Origin: an uncultured Spirochaetota bacterium
GTDB taxonomy: Bacteria; Spirochaetota; Spirochaetia; SZUA-6; Fen-1364
Assembly (NCBI GenBank): GCA_963734545.1
Contig: CAVTHO010000003.1
Span: 320,001-384,000, forward strand
Direction: 5' to 3'
DNA length: 64,000 nt
Position 1 is the stretch's first letter; the number at the start of each line of letters is the position of its first letter. This document shows positions 40,601-51,706 of this stretch, piece by piece. Made by a program: the position numbers and the translations under genes. The notes under the pieces are model-generated. The model did not search any database. It was not told the DNA's origin and saw only the letters and a list, made by a program, of their open reading frames with translations.

Positions 40601-43600
40601 CGGGCACCGCGGTGGACGCGCTGCAGCTTCGCAGGGACGAGTTCAACTCTCCGGAGGGGATGACGGAGGTCCAGTGGAAGGCCAGCCTCCGGCGCGCGGT
40701 CGGCCAGCAGATCGTAACGATCATTGCCGCGCGCTCGCAGGGGCTCCCTGATCCCAATTTCTGGAACGTGTTCGCCTACCCCATGATCATCCGGGCCGGC
40801 GCGGACCTGTACAGCCAGTACACCTCTGACAACGTCTTCAAGGCCAAAATCGACCTTGCCCTGGACACCCAGGGAAGGATCCTGATCAGCGGCGAGGCCG
40901 TGTTCGCCAACAGCCTGAGCCTCGGCCTCCGGCTGTACGCCAACCTGAGTCCCGTGATCGACGGTTCGGTCAACAAGGGCGCAAAGGTGACCATTCTGTT
41001 CCTGTCAGATTTCCCCTCCGGCGCAGGCGTCACTCCCATATTCAGCGTGTACGGCAGGGCCGATTTCTTCTTCAGCAGGACCGATGGCACGCCGGTCACT
41101 GCCACGAACAAGGCCGACCAGTTCGAGATCTTCCTCGCCGGCGCTGCGACCATGAACGTGCTGGACCAGTTCTCGGTCACGTACAGCGGCAGCCTCGGCC
41201 TGGCTTTCTCGACCACCGGCTTCGTCATGAAAGTCAATGCCCAGGCCAATGTGTCGTATCTCGGAAACATCGGCACCGCCGCCGGGGAGCTTCACGTCCA
41301 GAAAGTCTCGGGAAGCTCGCTGGAGATCTGGGGCGCCTTCCTCATGACCGCGGATCTCTCTGCCATGGAGCAGTCAGGTATCTACGCTTCCGGGCTGGTG
41401 TTCTTCGCGCTGAACACGACAAGCGCGGCCAAATCTGTCACCCTGACCCTGCCGGCTACTCCGCCTGCCACGCCGACCGCCTATCCCCTGGACCTCAAGC
41501 CGACATCCTTCGGTCTCCTGATAGACGGCAAGGCTGTCATCAAGCTCCCGAAAAGCTCACCCAGTGACCCGGGCCTCTTTTCCATGACCGCGGTCCTGGT
41601 CGTGGACATCGATACGTCAGGCCTGCGGATATTTGCGGAGGGATCCATGACCCTCGGGTCCCCGGGAGTGGACCCGCTCCTGTCGTTCTCGTTCAACGGC
41701 CTGCTGGTGACGAACAGCCAGGGCATCGCGGCCCGGCTGACGCTCATCTATACGAACAACGCAATTCCTGGAGTCGGGCTGAATGCCCGGTTCCACCTCG
41801 TGTTGAATACAACGGGCCTGGCTGTTCAGTACCAGATCCCCACGCTTCCGACCGGTGATCAGATTCCGTTTGTCACGGGACCGAACCCTGCAGACCCGAC
41901 CGGTCCGGAGATACTGCTGGAGGGCCCCGGCCGCACCATCTCGATTCCCGGCGGACCGCCTGTCCTCGGGGACGGCATCGCGAACTGGGTTCCTACGGCG
42001 GAGAATGCCGGAAAACCATACGCGGTGATATTCGGCGGCGGCTCCCTGAGCCTGCTGGGCACCTTCACGCTGGACGGCGCGCTCCTCCTTATCCTTTCTC
42101 CCGCTGAGCTCGCCATGAGCGTGGACATGAGCTTGAGCCTGGCGGATCTGGGCACGGTGAATGCCACGGGCACCCTGCTGATCGACTCCAGCGGCGTGGC
42201 CGGCGCTCTGTCCATCGGAGTCCAGGCGGGAGTATTCAAGTCCGGCCCCCAGTTCAGCCTGTCCGGTGTGGCATTCTTCATGGTCAATACGCGCGCCAGC
42301 CCTGTGCCTGCCCTCCATCTTCCGGCAGGTCCTTACGCGCAGGTCGGAATAACAGGCACCCTGATCCTCGGCCTGGCATCCGGCACGAGCTTCACCATGG
42401 TGGGCAACTTCGTGCTCACCACCACTGCCACGGAAACAGCGGTCAGCGCCTCCTCCACGCTGACCGCTGAGCTGGGCGGGGTCACCCTCTTCTCCATGCA
42501 GGCGGACGGCGCCCTGGTAATGAGCGCGAATGGGATCGCGGCCAGAATCGTGCTGGGCTCTGGAGGCTCGAGCGGACTGAGTGGAGACGGCTTTACGTTC
42601 ACCGGATACTTCACCCTGGAGGTGAACACGACCACGCAGGCGGTCGCAGAGATCAACGCGGTGACTGTGAATCTGGCTCCAGGGCCGTACGTGCGCGTGC
42701 GCATCGGCGGGGACCCGGCGGTGTCGGGCTCCACGGCCACGCTTGCCCTCTCTGAGGCCGGGGACAACAGCATTGGGATGAACGGGAGGTTCGACCTGGA
42801 GATGAGCCCTGCCGGGCTCGCGGTGACAGCCAGCGCCACGCTCTTCATGAAGCTGGGAGGAGCTACCCTGTTCTCCCTGAATGCAAATGGCGCCCTCCTT
42901 GTCACAGCGGACGGCATTGCCGCGAAGCTCTCCCTCGGAACCGGGCAGCTCGAGCACTGCTGCCGCCAACGGCTTCTCGTTCGCAGGGTATTTCACCCTC
43001 GAGCTGAACACAGGCATCCAGCGGGTTACGAAGATCAACGACGTCGTCGTGAACCTTGAACCCGGACCGTATGTGCGGCTGACAATCGGCGGTGACCCCG
43101 CCGTTGCAGGCTCCGAGGCCGTGCTGCAGCTCATTCTCGGGGGAGCCAGCGGCTTCCGCCTGGAAGGCTCCTTTGTTCTGGCGCTCAGCTCCTCCGGTAT
43201 CGCGGTCAGCGCCACCACGTCCCTGGTGGCGGTAGTAGCGGGCCAGCCCCTTCTGACTGTCGACGCAAGCGGCGCCCTTCTGATCAGCAGCGCAGGCATC
43301 GCGGCGAAAATAAGCTTGAGCGCGGGGTCGATCAGCGGCTCGTCCTATGAGTTCACAGCCGCCGCAGGCGCGGCATTCACCCTTTCGATCAATACCACCG
43401 CAGCGGCCGTGGACATCATCAACAACGTGACAGTGGACCTGCCGGCAGGTCCGTATGCATATCTGGCCGTGAGCGGCGCGGTGAGTCTTCCTGCCGCGGC
43501 AGGGCTCTCGCTTTCCGGCGTATTCTCCATCTCGGCCAGCCCGGCCGGACTGGAGATCTTTGCAGACGCCTCGCTCGCCTTTGGACCGAGCATCGCTGCG

Positions 43601-46600
43601 TTCAATTTCCATGCGCTGGGTGTCCTGATCATCAGCGGGAGCGGCGTGGCAGGTGACTTCGATGTCAGCATGTCGGTGGGATCGAGTCTCTCCTCTGTCA
43701 TGACCGCCGCAAACGTCTCCGCGCGGGTCATATTCAATACGACGGGAGCCGACCAGAGCGTGACCATTCCGGCGGCATTCCTGCCGCTGCTGAGCCAGCA
43801 GACAAAGAATCGCCTCGTGGACAATGGCTCCGGCCTCAAGATGTACGTGGTTTCCGGCGGTGCACCGCTCGTGGACGGAACCACGGCCAGCCCCGGCACC
43901 TATATTGTCGCCCGTTTCGATGCCACCCTCACCCTCGGCGGCTTCTGGTCGCTCGCGGGGCACTTCCGGCTGGCTGCCGGCCCGGGCTTCTTCGAGCTGT
44001 CTGCCAGCGCCTCCCTGAACCTCGGCTTCCTCGGGAGCCTCAATGCCACGGGGTTCGTGCAGATAACGAGCGCGGGAATCGCGGGAAGGTTCTCAGTCAG
44101 CGGCACCATGCAGACAACCGGATTCAGTCTTACCGCCGCCGCTTTCTTCGAGGTCAACACCACCGGCTCTGCCGTGAACACCGGCACCGCCGTCATCCAG
44201 CCCGGGTACCGGGTTTCCTTCACCGGCACGGCAAGCTTCCTCAATTTCTGCCAGGCCACGGCCACGGGATACGTGAGCATAGATGGCACCGGCCTGCAGC
44301 TCTACTTCGACGGGACCTTCACGATCGGGCCTCTCTCCTTCGGTGCATCGGCGTATGTCGGGGTCTTCTCTACAGGCATCGTTCTGGATGCCCATGTCTT
44401 CTTCAAGACGAACATCCTGTCCCTCTTCGATTTCGACTTCGACGGCAGGGTGCAGATCAACACGACAGGCGCGGACCTCGCCGGATTCAACGGTCCGAGC
44501 GGGTGGGTGAGCTTTGTGGACGCGAATGGAAATCCCGTCACCATCCCCCACAACTCCTTCTATCTGGACGTGCAGGCAAAACTGAACGTGCTCTCGGTCA
44601 TTCAGCTCAGCGGCAGGCTCATCGTTTCCGTGGAAAATGGCGGCTGGTCCATCACGATTCCCGCAAGCAACAAGCTGAGCGCGAGCCTGTTCGGCATGAT
44701 GACCATCTACGGCTACGGCTTCCTCAACTCCCAGGGTCATTTCGATCTGCATTTCGGCGGCGGAGTCGGTCTTCCCTACTACGGGGCCAGCACCGGCATC
44801 CAGGGAGATATCTTCTTCGACGCCTCGTTCCTCGGCACCACGTTCCACTTTGGCGCGGGCGGCAGCTTCAGCGCAAAATGCGCGGACGTGAACCTGATCG
44901 GAGTATCGGTGAGCCTGTCCGCCGATGGGACCCTCGGCCAGTCCATGAGCCTCGATCTGACCGTGAGCGGGACCGGGACTGTTCTGGAGACCGTCATAAA
45001 GATCGTGCGGATGACCCTGGAGGCGGCGCAGGACATCGGCGCCGCCATCGTCAACTTCCTGGGCTCGCTCGGATGCGAGATCCTGAGCTGGTTCGGCGCC
45101 TGCGACCAGTGGGTGGACGTCGAGATGCCCAGCACGGAGTGGGTCACCAAGCTCTTCAGCTTCACCATCCACCTGGCAACCATCCAGCTCCCCAGCAGCC
45201 TCGCCAACAGCGCGCCCCCGCCGCCGAACCTGGCGGACCTTTCCGGCGGTGTCCTGACCTTGAATGTCGGCTCCCGGGCAGCTTTGCGGGGCGTCCAGCC
45301 GGGGAATCTGGATGAAAACTTCTCCATCTCCCACGTGTCAGGGACTGCCGGGAATGAAACGCTGATCGTCACCGCCTTCGGGGTCTCGGAGACTTACACC
45401 GGTGTTTCTTCGATCTCCGCGGACTTCGGAAACGGTAATGACATATTCGTGGCTGCTCCCGGGGTCCTGGTGAGCGCCACGATCTACGGCGGAGCCGGCA
45501 ACGACACCCTCGTTTATTCCGGATCCGGGTCCGGCGCGCTTTACGGCGGGTCGGGGGATGACGTGCTCACCCTCGGCAGCGGTGTCGCGGCCGGCTCCGC
45601 CTACGGCGGGGACGGGAACGACCAGCTCACGGCAGAGATCACCGGCCCGGTCGGGGTGTCCCTGTATGGCGAGGCGGGCAACGATACTCTGGCCGGAGGC
45701 GCGGGAAGCGACATTCTCAGCGGCGGAGACGGGAACGACATCCTTCAGGGTCGGGGCGGAGCGGATGCCATCACGGGCGGCGCAGGAAACGACACGCTCA
45801 CCGAGTACCTGGCCACCCTGGGAATGGGAGCGTCATTTGACGGCGGCTCGGGCATGGACCAGATCAAGCTGCTGGGAAGCTCGGGGGCCAATACCTTCAA
45901 GGCCGCGGCCGAAGGGACCACCCAGGTCCGGCTGAGCTCCTGTTCCGGCAGCACGGAGACGGCATACCTCCTCGGGTCGACCGTTGAAAGCCTGATCATG
46001 AACGGCGAGGGCGGCGCCGATCGGTTCGTATTTGTCGGGAACCTCCGGCAGGCGGGGGTCACGACCGTGACGGCAGACCTGAATGGGGACCCGTCCACGG
46101 ACACGGTAGAGATCTCTCTGAGCGATCAGGACGATGCCCTGAGGCTTTCGGACTACTCGGCGACACCGAACAGCCTGAGCGCGAGCTGGTCCGGCCACAG
46201 CGTGTACAACCTGCTCTCGGTGAACTCGGCGGGCGGGGACACCCTGACCGTGAAGGGCGGAGCAGGCAGCGATCTTCTCTGCGGCGCCACGGTCGCCACT
46301 TCGCCGTTCAGCCAGATTGCTTTCTACGGCGAAGCGGGGGACGACATCCTCTGCGGCACCGTGCAGAACGATCTTCTCGACGGCGGGCTCGGCAACGACA
46401 GGATCACCGGCATGGCCGGGACGGACATCTTCCAGGATGCCGGCGGCTACAACACGCTGGTAGAGGTATTCGACGCCGACCTTGGCCTCTTCGGCAATCT
46501 CTTCATCGTGGGGACCGCGCAGCTTTCCGGCAGCGGAGAGAGCCGCGTCCTGGCCGGCTTCACCGGCGCCACGGTGGAAGACATTGCCGGCGTATTCTCC

Positions 46601-49600
46601 GAGGTCCAGCTCGTTGCGGGACAGAGCCGGAACATCTTTGCCATAGGCGCCGCGGCAGGGATTGTGAACGCGAATGGCTCGGCAAGGACCGCCACCCCGT
46701 GGAACGGATTGGCCAGGCTCAATGGCGTCGGCGGAGACGATGAGTACCTGGTGGAGCTTTCCGGCCTGAGTGGGGCCACGGTGCAGGTCGTCGAATACTC
46801 GCTGATCCAGAACGGCGTGGTGGTGCAGGCGGCAGGCGGCAACGATGTCCTGACTTTCAAGGGCACCGGCGTCTCCGATACGGGAAGCGTTTCGGTGAGC
46901 GGAGGCCAGACCACCTTCTCCCTGCAGCCTGACGGCCTGGCCGTGAGCCACGTGGTCAGCACTCCGGACATCGAATCGAATCTGTTGTATCTCCGGGCCG
47001 GTGACGACGTGCTCGCCGTGAACAGCATCAACGTGGCGACTCTCGTGGCTGCCGGTGACGGCAACGACAGGATCGACGTACGGTCAATCCCCGTTGCCTT
47101 GGCGGTAAATACGGGAGCGGGGGATGACACGGTCAACGTGGGAAGCGCTGCCCCCGGGGTCGGCGGGACAGTGGACGGGATCGTCGGACAGCTCGTGGTG
47201 GAGGCCGACGGCGGCGACAATGACGTGCTGAACGTGGACGATACGGGAGACCTGACGGACAACACTGGGTACCTGACCTCCACGGACCTGACAGGGCTGG
47301 GGATGGGCGCGGGCATCCACTACGCGGGCTTCGAGTACCTGAACATCGGGCTGGGCGCGGGAAATGACACTCTGAACGTGCAGACCATCGGCGCGTACAC
47401 CACGGTGAGCGCGGGAGCGGGGGATGACACGGTCAACGTGGGAAGCGTTGCCCCCGCGAGTCGGCGGGACAGTGGACGGGATCGTCGGACAGCTCGTGGT
47501 GGAGGCCGACGGCGGCGACAATGACGTGCTGAACGTGGACGATACGGGAGACCTGACGGACAACACTGGGTACCTGACCTCCACGGACCTGACAGGGCTG
47601 GGGATGGGCGCGGGCATCCATTACGCGGGCTTCGAGTACCTGAACATCGGGCTGGGCGCGGGAAATGACACGCTGAACGTGCAGACCATCGGCGCGTACA
47701 CCACGGTGAGCGCGGGAGCGGGGGATGACACGGTCAACGTGGGAAGCGTTGCCCCCGGGGTCGGCGGGACAGTGGACGGGATCGTCGGACAGCTCGTGGT
47801 GGAGGCCGACGGCGGCGACAATGACGTGCTGAACGTGGACGATACGGGAGACCTGACGGACAACACTGGGTACCTGACCTCCACGGACCTGACAGGGCTG
47901 GGGATGGGCGCGGGCATCCATTACGCGGGCTTCGAGTACCTGAACATCGGGCTGGGCGCGGGAAATGACACCTTCACGATAGCGGACACGCATGGCGGAG
48001 AGACCACCCTGCACACGAACGCCGGCAATGACACGGTAAACGTGCTCGCGACCGGCGGGCTGACCAACGTATATGCGGACGCCGGGGATGACGTGGTGAA
48101 TGTGTCCTCCGATGCCCCCGCGGACAGCGGCACCCTGGACAACATCCTTGGCCTGCTCAACATAGATTGCGGCACGGGCATCAATACCCTGAACGTGAGC
48201 GACGAGGCGGACGGGACCGGCGATTCGGTGATCATCACCAGCAACTCGATCGTTGGTTTCTCGCCTGCTCCCATCACTTACACGGCCTCGGGAGGGACCT
48301 TCGGTGGAGGAATCAACATCGAAGGCGGCTTCGGCGGGAACTCCATCGAGATACAGTCCACGAATGACAGCCCAGGCACCACGACGACCCTCTGGTCGGG
48401 TGACGGCAGTGACTACGTTCTCGTGACTGAAACAGATCCCCTGTCGCTGGTCATCCACGGCGAGGCCGGCAATGACGTGATCTTCGCGGCAGTGGTGATG
48501 ACCGACCTTGTCATCACGGGAGACGGGGGAGACGACTTCATTACCAGCGGCTCGGGGAATGACTGGATCACCGGCAACGACGGTGACGATGTGATCCTCG
48601 CCGCCCTCGGAAATGACACGGTGTCGGGCGGCGCGGGCAACGATATCATCACCGGCGACCAGGGCATCGCAACCTGGGCCGAAGGGAAGGTCGTGCGGAT
48701 CGAGACGTCCAACCCCGGGATGGGCGGTGATGATCTTATTGCGGGAGACCTTGGCGACGACATTACCCTGGCCGGGTGCGGCGCCGACACGGTTGACGCT
48801 GGGGACGGCGAAAACGTCGTGCTCGGCGACAACGGTCTTGTACTCATCGAAGCCGGAACCGCCGTCAGGATCGAGAGCACGGACCCCGCGTACGGCGGTC
48901 AGGATTTCATTCATGCCGGCAGCGGGAATGACATCCTCTTCGGCGGGACTGCAAATGACACGATCTTCGCCGGGGCCGGAGACGATATCGCGCTGGGAGA
49001 CAGCGGACTGTTCACTCGCTCCCCGCAGGCTGCTTCGGTTCTGACTTTCAGCGCCTATGCCGGCGGGAACGTCCTGTGCACCAATACCGGCGCGAACGAT
49101 GGCGGCGGCAATGACGAGATCCACGGCGGTCCGGGCGACGACCTCATCATGGGTGAGCAGGGAGACGACCGGCTCTTTGGTGACCAGGGAGACGACGACA
49201 TCATTGGCGGCCACAATGTCCGGTTCGGGGCGGATGGCAGCGACTTCATAGACGGCGGTGACGGCGCGGATGTCGCGCTGGGAGACAATGGCACGATATC
49301 CAGACGCCCCGTGAGCGGCCAGGCATGGGTCTGGCAGAGATATCCGGCACCGTTTGCCGATGTCATACGGGACGTCGTGCTCTTTGACGATGCGGATGGT
49401 GTTGCCGGGCAATGACGAGATGCTCGGCGGGACGGGAAACGACACTCTCCATGGCCAGCGCGGCAGCGACGTTCTGAAGGGCGGCGCGGGTGACGATGAG
49501 CTGGTGGGCGGACTCGGAGATGACAGCCTTGCCGGAGACGATGGAAGCGACATCCTGGCGGGAGATACCGGAATCATTTTCCGGGCCTGGAACCCGGACG

Positions 49601-51510
49601 GCTCTCCCAGAGTGGATCCCAACGGCTCGTGGCACAAGGATGTGCTGCTGACCGATGTCGGGATCATCACCGGCGTGTATTACCTGGACAACATATCCTT
49701 CAAGGATCTGAGCCCGGCCGTGCTCGGGGACCTCCTGAATGCCGATCTGGTGCTCCTGATGGGCGCCTATAATCCTGATGGCACGCCTTACCTCGTGAAG
49801 GACGGCTGCCGCAAGGAATGGCAGACATGCCTGCTGCTCGTGAAGCTGCTGCCTGACGGAAATGACACGCTGGACGGCGGCGCGGGAGACGATTCACTGC
49901 TTGGCGGGAGAGGCGATGACGCCCTGGCGGGCGGGGACGGCAACGACCTCCTGGCCGGGGACGCAGGAAATGATCTTCTTGACGGAGGCGCCGGAGATGA
50001 CGTCCTGGTCGGCGACGAAGCGACGAGGATGACTTCAGGTGACGCGCTTCCGGACGTGCTCCATGGCCTGCACCTCATCACTGGAGGAGCGGGATACGCT
50101 GCCCCGGCGAATATCGTCATGACGGATTTGGGGGCAACGATAATCCCGGTCGTATCGGTGATTCCCGGCCGCGCAACGAGCATCCTGAGCGGCGCGTGGG
50201 GCTATCTCGGGAACGCGAACCGCCTGGTCAGGACCGACGGCACGTGGCTCCTGCCCTTTGCTTCGATCGTCACGGACGTGGCTCATCACATGGGCCTGGT
50301 TGCCGGAAACGACCTTCTCATCGGCGGTGACGGAGACGACGTGCTGGTGGGTGACACGCTGCTCGTCTTCGAGCCGACGGTAATCGTGACCGACCCTCTC
50401 CTTGATTCCGCCGGCCTCCTGCTGCGGGACCTCTCATACGCAACTGGGAAGCTGAACGAGTTCGTGTGCAGGCTCGATCATGCCATCGACGAGGCCACCG
50501 AGCATCGCTGCGTGAGCCACGTGGACGTGATCGTCGACCAGACATACCGGATCGGCTGTGACGAGCTGGACGGCGGGCCGGGGAATGACCTCCTGGCCGG
50601 GGACGACATGGCGGTGCTCTCGCCGTCGTTCACCGTGCCGCTCGGTCTGGTGAGGGATCTTGAACGCCTCCTCGACCAGGCGGAAGGGCTCGGACAGGGG
50701 TTTGACCGGGCGCTCAGCCAGATCGACGATGCGGCGCTCGATCTGCGCGAGGTGCTCGTGTCGGTGAAGTGCGGCAAGAAGACCGTGCTGAACCTCGAGA
50801 GGCACGTGGACCAGATTTTCGCAGGCAATGACTCCATCACGGGCGGCGAGGGAGACGACGTGATCGTCGGTGACCGCTGGACCGTCATGGCGCCCCGGCT
50901 CACGGTGGTTGCAGGCCCGGCGTTCTGCCACCATCACGACCACGGCTGTGACGGATGGGACAGTGATGGCGGGGCGTGCGGCAATGCCCTGGCGGACGGC
51001 TGGATCACGGGCAACGACACGCTGGACGGCGGCGCAGGAAACGATGTTGTATTCGGGGATACCGCGGCGTTCGCCGCCCCTGTGCTGGCCGTCGATCCCG
51101 GCGTCAGCAAGTGCGGCTTCAGGTCCGTGCGGGACGCCGCCGAGGATACTCTGGGGGACCTGATCGAAATGGGGCTGGGCCTCAGCAGCCAGGGAACCTG
51201 GTTCCATCTCGGTGACTGTGACGGCGGATTGTACCTGAGCCGCAGCAACGGGGCGTCGTGCGGCCATTCCTGTGACAAAGGCAAGACAGACAGCGATATC
51301 ATCCAGGGCGGAGACGGGGATGACCTGCTGTTCGGCCAGGGCGGGGATGACACTCTCCTGGGAGGCGCGGGAAACGACTGGCTCATCGGCGGTGACGGTC
51401 ATGACCACCTCGATGGCGGTCCGGGCTGCGACAAGATCAGCCACGGGTGGGACTGCTGCAGGGACTTGAGGAGCAGGGTCTTTGCCCGGCTCTCTCCGTG
51501 GACCATCTGA
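37615..51510 (+). CDS. Giant (~4630 aa) LEPR-xLL-motif surface protein with beta-rich repeats and RTX calcium-binding repeats; three +1 frameshifts (~42944, ~47458, ~49408)
   Basis: Four ORFs (37615..43059, 42881..47524, 47424..49415, 49354..51510), each one frame on from the last and continuous in repeat register. N-terminal FQLEPLESRLLLSA; many GGxGxDxL nonapeptides from ~45430 onward. Confidence 0.88.
47112..47971 (+). repeat. Near-perfect 300-bp (100 aa) tandem repeat, ~2.9 copies, inside the giant gene
   Basis: Units start at 47112, 47412 and 47713 (cgggagcgggggatgacacggtcaacgtgggaagcg...). Copy 2 carries the extra base. Confidence 0.95.
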
Positions 51511-51517
51511 GAAAAAC

Positions 51518-51545
51518 AAGGGGCGCCTTTCGAGGCGCCCTTTTG
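51518..51545. terminator. Bidirectional intrinsic terminator between the giant gene and asnS
   Basis: AAGGGGCGCC-TTTCGA-GGCGCCCTTTT, with an A-tract before and a T-tract after; lies between convergent genes. Confidence 0.85.
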
Positions 51546-51588
51546 CTGTCTCCTGCCACCTGAAGTGGTGAGCCGTTTCTCTACTTCA

Positions 51589-51623
51589 GTCCGCCCCACG
51601 CGACCAGAGCGGTACTCCGCACT
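51589..51623 (-). repeat. 35-bp hairpin element, family 2; direct repeat of 53103-53137
   Basis: AGTGCGGAGTACCGCTCTGGTCGCGTGGGGCGGAC matches AGTGCGGAGTACCGCTCTGGCCGCCGGGCGCGGAC at 31 of 35 positions. Confidence 0.8.
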
Positions 51624-51706
51624 CGGCGCCCCTCGCCGTCCCTGGGCCCTACGGGGCGCCTTCCGTACATCCTGTACTCGGCGCCCCTCGCCGTCCCTGG
51701 CTACGG
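51624..51706 (-). repeat. Cluster of three GGA-loop hairpins, family 1, starting at the asnS stop codon
   Basis: CC-GTA-GCC-AGGGAC-GGC-GA-GGGGCGCC-GA-GTAC-AGGAT-GTAC-GGAA-GGCGCCCC-GTA-GGGCCC-AGGGAC-GGC-GA-GGGGCGCC. Confidence 0.8.

Noticed and set aside
37615-51510. Four separate genes, programmed frameshifting, or an autotransporter
   Set aside because: Repeat register continues across each junction, no slippery heptamers were seen, the same +1 error occurs throughout the window, and there is no Sec signal or C-terminal barrel.
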